NCBI GenBank assembly: GCA_951406725.2
Contig: OX597828.1
Span: 70,928,001 to 70,992,000 of the forward strand
Direction of reading: 5' to 3'
Length of the DNA: 64,000 nt
Source of the DNA: Octopus vulgaris
Taxonomy: Eukaryota
Made by a program: the position numbers and the translations under genes. Positions 57,455 through 64,000 of the stretch are shown one piece after another. The notes beneath the pieces were generated by a model that saw only the letters and a list, made by a program, of their open reading frames with translations, did no database searches and was not told the DNA's origin. The first letter of the stretch is position 1, and every line of letters starts with the position of its first letter.

Positions 57455-57990
57455 CGGGCCCCTATATTTCCACAGCCTATGCAGGCTGGTCAACTCCTCT
57501 GTTACAACACATACTCCTTTGTGGGCACACGTCTTTTATGAAATAGCGTGCAGCAAACGTGACAGGAATATTTGGCAACTGTACAACATCTCAGTCAAAG
57601 AGCATCTCTACGCGCGTCATTCATCAGTCAAAAGGCACCAGAATAGCCGCTTGTACAACGCCATCACTTTTATCTTTACAGTTGCAGACCGAAATTACGG
57701 TAATTTGCGGATTAAGGAAACAATCCTTATCAGACTATGTAAACCAAGTATCAATAATCGACAAGAATTGTATGAAAAACGTTGGCTAAGCAAGCCACTA
57801 CCATCGGACTTGGTGCAACGCAAAATACTTTATTTTCTCTGCGTTTCGTATACAAATGGTACCTAATGCCAACACGAAGCTCTGGCAAACTAAGGTCTCA
57901 TTTCTATTCTCTTCACCAAAGACTAGATCTTTTGGGGGCCGAAACATGACGAATATTAAATGTTTTAAAACAAAAGTTTTATCGTGATTT
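57455..57990 (+). mobile_element. Penelope-like element 3' remnant (GIY-YIG endonuclease C-terminus + UTR)
   Basis: HVFYEIACSK...SVKEHL...SSVKRH...ITF...NLRIKETILIRLCKPSINNRQE matches the PLE endonuclease pattern (VY.I.C..C / R.KEH / L.I.E...I...KP.LN). Eroded ...CCGAAACATG at about 57939. Confidence 0.72.
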
Positions 57991-58934
57991 GTATCTCTAT
58001 ATAATCCCTTTTTAATTTCATTGCTGAAGGCTTTATTCTATATTCCACCACTTCAACTTGACAAATACAAATACACATACACACATATATCACACACACA
58101 CACACATACACATACTCGAAGTTTTAGATTTATACCCATAATTCTTTTTACCTATAAGTCCTTATACTCTAAGAGCTTCTTTCCTTGAAATGCTGCTCTC
58201 TGGAACTCACTGCCATCGTCTTGTTTTTCTCTCTGCTTCTCAACTGTTGGGTTTTTTTGTTCGTTTGTTTTTCGTTTTTGTTTTTTGGCTTTCAACTCTT
58301 TTGGTTGCTATTTTATTCGGGGAGGAGGGATCCCCATAGCTATTCAATGTTTACAAAAAATCTCCATATATTTTTATAATGAAATATTATTAGCAGTAGT
58401 ATATAAAAAAATTTGTTAAAATATTTTGCGTATTGTAGGAATTTAAGCAATTTGCTGCTGATAAATTTTAGCAACAAAATCTCTTATGGACCTCGATTGA
58501 GACCCCACTGTTCTAGGCTGTAATATTCAATCTTTTAAACTTTCTCTTAATCAACATCTTTTGAATTTGTAGGCCCCTCTTTTTCTTCTTTGTAGTCCCT
58601 TACGCTGCAGTGACCTCAAACCTTTCCTGAGACAAAATCTATAAAAAAAGAAGAAAAAATTATCGACACCCTTGGTTATGTAATTAAACTGTCTCAGCAT
58701 CCATTTAAGACGGTGGGTTTCACAAAACCAAAACGGATCTGGTTAATTGAATAATAATTACAAGGATAAGCCATTCATGTTGCTGCGAAAATATGTTAAT
58801 TATTCCAGAAGTGTTTTTGCAAGTAATAAATGAATAAGTGCATATATGCACGGGTGGGTATGAGAAATGTGTTCGGGTAGATATGCGTTAAAGAATATAC
58901 AGGCATTAACATGTGGGATTATATTCATATATAT

Positions 58935-59410
58935 ATGTATGTACATTTGCGCATGTACATACATACATGTACACAATCATACACACACACACACATACAA
59001 TAGAGAGACAAAGAAAGGGAAGGGAGACTGCCTCAGGGTTAGTGATGGAGCTTGGTGGTGAAGATTGGTGGTGATCGTCAAAAACGCTGGAGATGCAAAG
59101 CATCGTTCGTTGACTCCACCAGAAGCCGTAACCTCTCTGTGAAATGTATGACTTCGTGTGTATGTATGTATGTATGTGTATGCTTACGTGCACGCATATG
59201 TACATATAAACACACACATATATATATACAAACATACACGCACACATGCATAGAAAGTTATGCATATACAATATGCACACACACACATACACACACAATA
59301 TATATATGTGTGTGTGTAACCCTCCTTCTTCCCTTCTTTCCTGGGCGTCCAATAATACTATATTTGTTCCACGTCCTCGCGTTGTATTTTTTGTGCTTTC
59401 ATGTTTGAAT

Positions 59411-59475
<65 letters not shown>

Positions 59476-60064
59476 TTCGTTACTACCCACAAGGGGCTAA
59501 ACACAGAGGGGATAAACAAGGACAGACAAACGGATTAAGTCGATTACATCGACCCCAGTGCGTAACTGGTACTTAATTTATCGACCCCGAAAGGATGAAA
59601 GGCAAAGTCGACCTCGGCGGAATTTGAACCCAGAACGTAACGGCAGACGAAATACGGCTACGCATTTCGCCTGGCGTGCTAACGTTTCTGCCAGTATATA
59701 TAGTATTATTGGACGCCCAGGAAAGAAGGGAAGAAGGAGGGTTACACACACACACACACATATATATATTGTGTGTGTATGTGTGTGTGTGCATATTGTA
59801 TATGCATAACTTTCTATGCATGTGTGCGTGTATGTTTGTATATATATATGTGTGTGTTTATACATACATACATACATACATACATACATACATACATACA
59901 TACACACGAAGTCATACATTTGACAGAGAGGTTACGGCTTCTGGTGGAGTCAACGAACGATGCTTTGCATCTCCAGCGTTTTTGACGATCCCCACCAAGC
60001 TCCACACATACATACACACATACATACATACATACATACACACATACATACATACATACATACA

Positions 60065-60110
<46 letters not shown>

Positions 60111-60150
60111 ATTGTGTACATGTATGTATGTACATGCGCAAATGTATACG
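58935..60150. repeat. Recent inverted duplication (arms ~58935-59363 and ~59698-60150) around a SINE
   Basis: Unique sequence GATCGTCAAAAACGCTGGAGATGCAAAGCATCGTTCGTTGACTCCACCAGAAGCCGTAACC and the interleaved microsatellites are mirrored almost exactly. Confidence 0.92.
59474..59694 (-). mobile_element. Family-A SINE lacking its first ~8 nt
   Basis: Reverse complement of the 45075 copy; head truncated at CTGCCAG|TATA. Confidence 0.88.
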
Positions 60151-60390
60151 TGTATGTGTGTACTTATGTGAATGTATACGTGTATCTATAAGTTCAGTGT
60201 AGTGGTGGTGGTGGTGGGGGGGGGGTAAACATAGATTTTCAGACTGCAGATGTTAAAATTATTATTAGTTTCATTGAAATAAATATCTTTCAATCAATTT
60301 TACATCACGAGATTATTTTTTAATTATCAATTTTAATGAAAATTTGTTAATTGCTTGTTATTGAGTTAAACAAATACGCCATTTTGTTCC

Positions 60391-60438
<48 letters not shown>

Positions 60439-61045
60439 TTTGATTGAACACCCGCATCCATTTCCAAGTAAGTTTTATCTTAATATATTTGATGCGACTC
60501 ACTCACTCCTTCCACTGTTTTCTCTCTCTCTTCATTTCGTTTTCTCTGTCATCCTTTCTCTAATTCTTTTTACTTCCCTTCACCGTTTTCTCTCTCTCTC
60601 TCTTCCTCTTTTATTCTCTCTCGTTTATCACACGTGACCATCGTCCATCTTTCTTCTCCTCACGTGATCATTATTCTTTTCCGTCAGACTGTAGTGCAGT
60701 CCAGACGCATTCCTATCTGTCTCCTCTCCTACCTTTTCTCTTATCAAAGAATCTCCTTCAAGCATTCGCCACTTTACCTCGTCTGAGCCTAACAACCCTC
60801 CCTGTTTGTTTTCGTTTCATTTTGTTTGTTGTATGTCCTGTTTTTGTTCCCAACTTTGGCCCTCCTCAAATCCCAAATTTTATTTCGGTTCGCGGGAGCA
60901 ACTGCTTTCAAAGTTTTATCTTGACGTTCAATGTTCGAAATAAGGAGTAGAAGGACAGCCGACAACTGATGAAGGGTCGCTTTTTTCTTGTTACTTGTCT
61001 TCTTTTCCTTTTCTTTCTCTCGTTCTTTGCGTACCAAGCGTTATT

Positions 61046-61144
61046 TCCGTATTTCATGTTGTTTACGTTTTGTGACGTCCTATACCCATATATGCATACC
61101 TATATATATATACATATGTATATATGTACATGTGTGTATGTATA

Positions 61145-61200
<56 letters not shown>

Positions 61201-61286
61201 TATACATACACACATGTACATAATGTATATAGGTATGCATATATAGGTATAGGACGTCACAAAACGTAAACAACATGAAATACGGA
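61046..61286. repeat. ~60-bp inverted repeat flanking a (TA)n spacer
   Basis: TCCGTATTTCATGTTGTTTACGTTTTGTGACGTCCTATACC (from 61046) is mirrored at 61246-61286. Confidence 0.88.
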
Positions 61287-61390
61287 TATATTTATCATCT
61301 ATCTATCTATCTGTCCATCTTCCTGCCTGTTGGTCAGTTAGTCTTTCTGCTTGCCTGCCTGCCTCTCTCTTTCTCTCTGTCTGTCTGTCT

Positions 61391-61451
<61 letters not shown>

Positions 61452-62659
61452 TTTTCCCTCATAAATATTTCCAATCTGTCCTGTCATGTTTGTTGACGAC
61501 AGGATACACAACATTCTACTTTCACATGGCTGTACAATTAACACATCTACTTGGCAACTTAGTGGTTTGGGGTTCAAGCTCATTGCATAGCACCTTCAGT
61601 AGATGTTTTGTTCGTTTTTTGTTGGGTTTTTTTTTGCCTTACACCTCAGATCAATGAAAGACTTAAAGACTTATGAGAGAAATTTGAAAGACTCAAACAG
61701 ATTTAGACTTATTGACTTAATCATTCCCTTACCCCATCCACTTTAACACCACCACCTGGTCCTTGAGTACCTCTACAGTTAGACTTAATCTATCAACACA
61801 TGGCACACCTGGACATACCTCTATAGATAGACACATTACACACCTGTGCATATTGCACATTTCCACACATTACATGCCTCACCACATTGCACACAATCTA
61901 ACCTATATAATCTCCCATTTATGAGATTAAATTTAATCTTTGTAAACTTCACATTTCATGCAAGATAGCTTAGCCATAACTAGCAAGCAACTAGAAATGG
62001 GACCATAGAGTTTCCATAGTCATGTTATGTTTCATAGTGTTTCCATAGAATGCTCTGTATTATGAAGACCATAGTGTGTTCCGCACTCATAGAGGCCATA
62101 GTTTGTATTATGACACCATTGTGTTTCCATATTATGTTCTGTATTATGGAATTTGCAGTATTCCATATTATGACACTATAGAGTTCTCATAATATTTCCA
62201 TACTATGGAGACCCATAGAATAAAGGATAAAGTTTATCTACCCTGTAATAAATTGTAAGTAGGGACCAGTGTAAGAAGTTTATTTACCAACCATATGGTT
62301 CCAGGTCCAGTCCCAATGCAAGTAGATTTGATAGGTGGAAACTGTAAGAAACCTGTTGCATATATATATATATATTTAAATACTGTTAAATACTGTTGGA
62401 TTTTTCTCATAAGGTATTGGAATCTTACATATATACCATTCTGCCTAAAAAATGGATCTACAAATTCAATGTGTGTGTGTGTGTATGTGTTTGTCCCCCC
62501 AACCATCGGCAAAAGAGACAGATAGAATAAGTTCTAGATTTTCAAAGAATAAGTCCTGGGATCGATGTGTTCAACTAAAGGCAGTGCTTCAGCATGGCCA
62601 CAGTCAAATGACTGAAACAAATAAAAGAATAAAAGAATATATATACACATATACTCACC

Positions 62660-62848
62660 ATGTTGGACCACTGAACTCAATATGTTTTTTCCATTCTCTC
62701 TCTATTTATTTCCTCGTGTTCCTTTCTGTCGAAGAGCGTAGGCTCGAAACATAAAAGACTTTCTCACTTTCCCGAGCATCAAACTAATACACACCTGCTT
62801 GTCGTTCATACACCTGTCTTAATCTTTGTTTTTCTATAAATCTGAACT
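62660..62848 (+). mobile_element. Short non-coding element with hammerhead-like motif (62722-62757)
   Basis: CUUU-CUGUCGA-A-GAGC(GUAG)GCUC-GAAA-CAUA-AAAG (A6>U, G16.2>A). Ends CTGAACT before (TA)n. 3' part resembles 37180-37240(-). Confidence 0.62.
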
Positions 62849-63747
62849 ATGTATATATATATATATATATACACACATACACATGTGTGTGTATATCTTT
62901 GTTCTCCAACACTGCTTGACAACCAGCCTTGGTGAGTTTACTTCCCTGTAACTTAGCAGTTTAGCAAAAGAGACCAATAGAATAAGTACTAAGCTTGCAA
63001 AAAATGTCTTGGAGTCACTTCATTCAACTAAAAATTCTTCAAGCATAGCCACAGTCTAATGATTGAAACAAGTAAAAATTTTTTTAAAATAGATCCAAAT
63101 TTTCTATTTCTGATTGTCAGCAACAGTAAAACACTTGCCATATGGAAGTCCATACAACCATGGTTGCAGAGTGGCACAGTCCACCTAGTCACAAATACAT
63201 ACCATGTGAATATTAAGTTTACCTTGTTATGTAGGTACCATTAATAGATAAAGCTTAGCTTAAAACTATTAATATGCAGAGATATAGTCTACTTAACTGT
63301 ATATAGGTACCACACTCAGACACAATCCACCTAGTATATATATGTACCATAGTTGCATATAGGTACCACACTGTATATACAATTAGCTGTATTTACAGCA
63401 TAGTCCACTTAGCTGTATATAGGTACCATACAGTAGGTACTATGCAGAGGGTACTGGCCACCTAGCTGTATACAAGTACCACACAGATACAGTATATAGG
63501 CATTATAACTGTATATAGATACATAGGCTTAGAACAGCGGGTGCAGGGCAAGTGCACCCGCTAAACGTTTTAGTGGGAGTGGCCAATGAAAATGCTTTGA
63601 ACATCCTGGGCTAGATCTGGGTTTGCACTCCCTAAACAAATTTTGTTCCCACATTTATGTAAAGGTGCCATGAGTAGGTACAGTTCGCCCTCAATATAGC
63701 AAATACTCCTCTAATTAAACTGGCCCTCTAATTCAGGACCAGAAAAT

Positions 63748-63900
63748 GCTACAGCTCCCGACACTTATTAGCCTTATACAAGCACATATAAGGCCCACAA
63801 CAGAGTACTTCCCCCAAATATGGAACAATGGTGCTACTACTACACATACAGACATCCTGGACCACAGCCAAGAAATAAGCTTCCCAACCAACTGGTATGA
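63748..63900 (+). mobile_element. Jockey/CR1-group LINE RT C-terminal fragment
   Basis: LLALY/QAHIRPTTEYFPQIWNNGATTTHTDILDHSQ (frameshifted) resembles LY.A.IRP.LEY...IW.GA....LD.VQ. Confidence 0.6.
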
Positions 63901-64000
63901 AGCCATTCCCCAATACCCTCCTGGTGTAGGGACTTGAATTCAGCACTGTTATATACCAAAACACTTGTTAATTACATGATGCTCCCGCTCCTTACAGCAA

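Overview
Eukaryotic (animal) genomic DNA: AT-rich and dense in microsatellites and tRNA-derived SINEs. The repeat content resembles coleoid cephalopod (Octopus-like) genomes; this is an inference. The only host gene I can support is the 3' part of an F-spondin/spondin-1 gene on the + strand: 8 exons at 6084-28502, all GT-AG and phase-compatible, 1692 nt = 563 aa + stop. It encodes the Spondin_N C-terminal half, TSR1, TSR2, a Kunitz domain, TSR3, TSR4 and a short tail. The rest is repeats: two decayed Tc1/mariner elements (maT/DD37D-like, and a DD41D copy with an internal 11x21-bp array), two non-autonomous Helitrons, RTE and CR1/Jockey-type LINE scraps, a Penelope-like GIY-YIG remnant, MITEs and several SINE families. 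The most striking unexplained signal is six minimal type-I hammerhead-ribozyme motifs in five short non-coding elements of different sequence. One is a palindrome with the ribozyme in its loop and an 11-bp TSD, one is a head-to-head pair of tRNA-head + ribozyme units, and one has a sister copy starting within 1 nt of the predicted self-cleavage site. This suggests a set of non-autonomous, Penelope-dependent ribozyme retroelements. Almost all ORFs in the supplied track are microsatellite artefacts.
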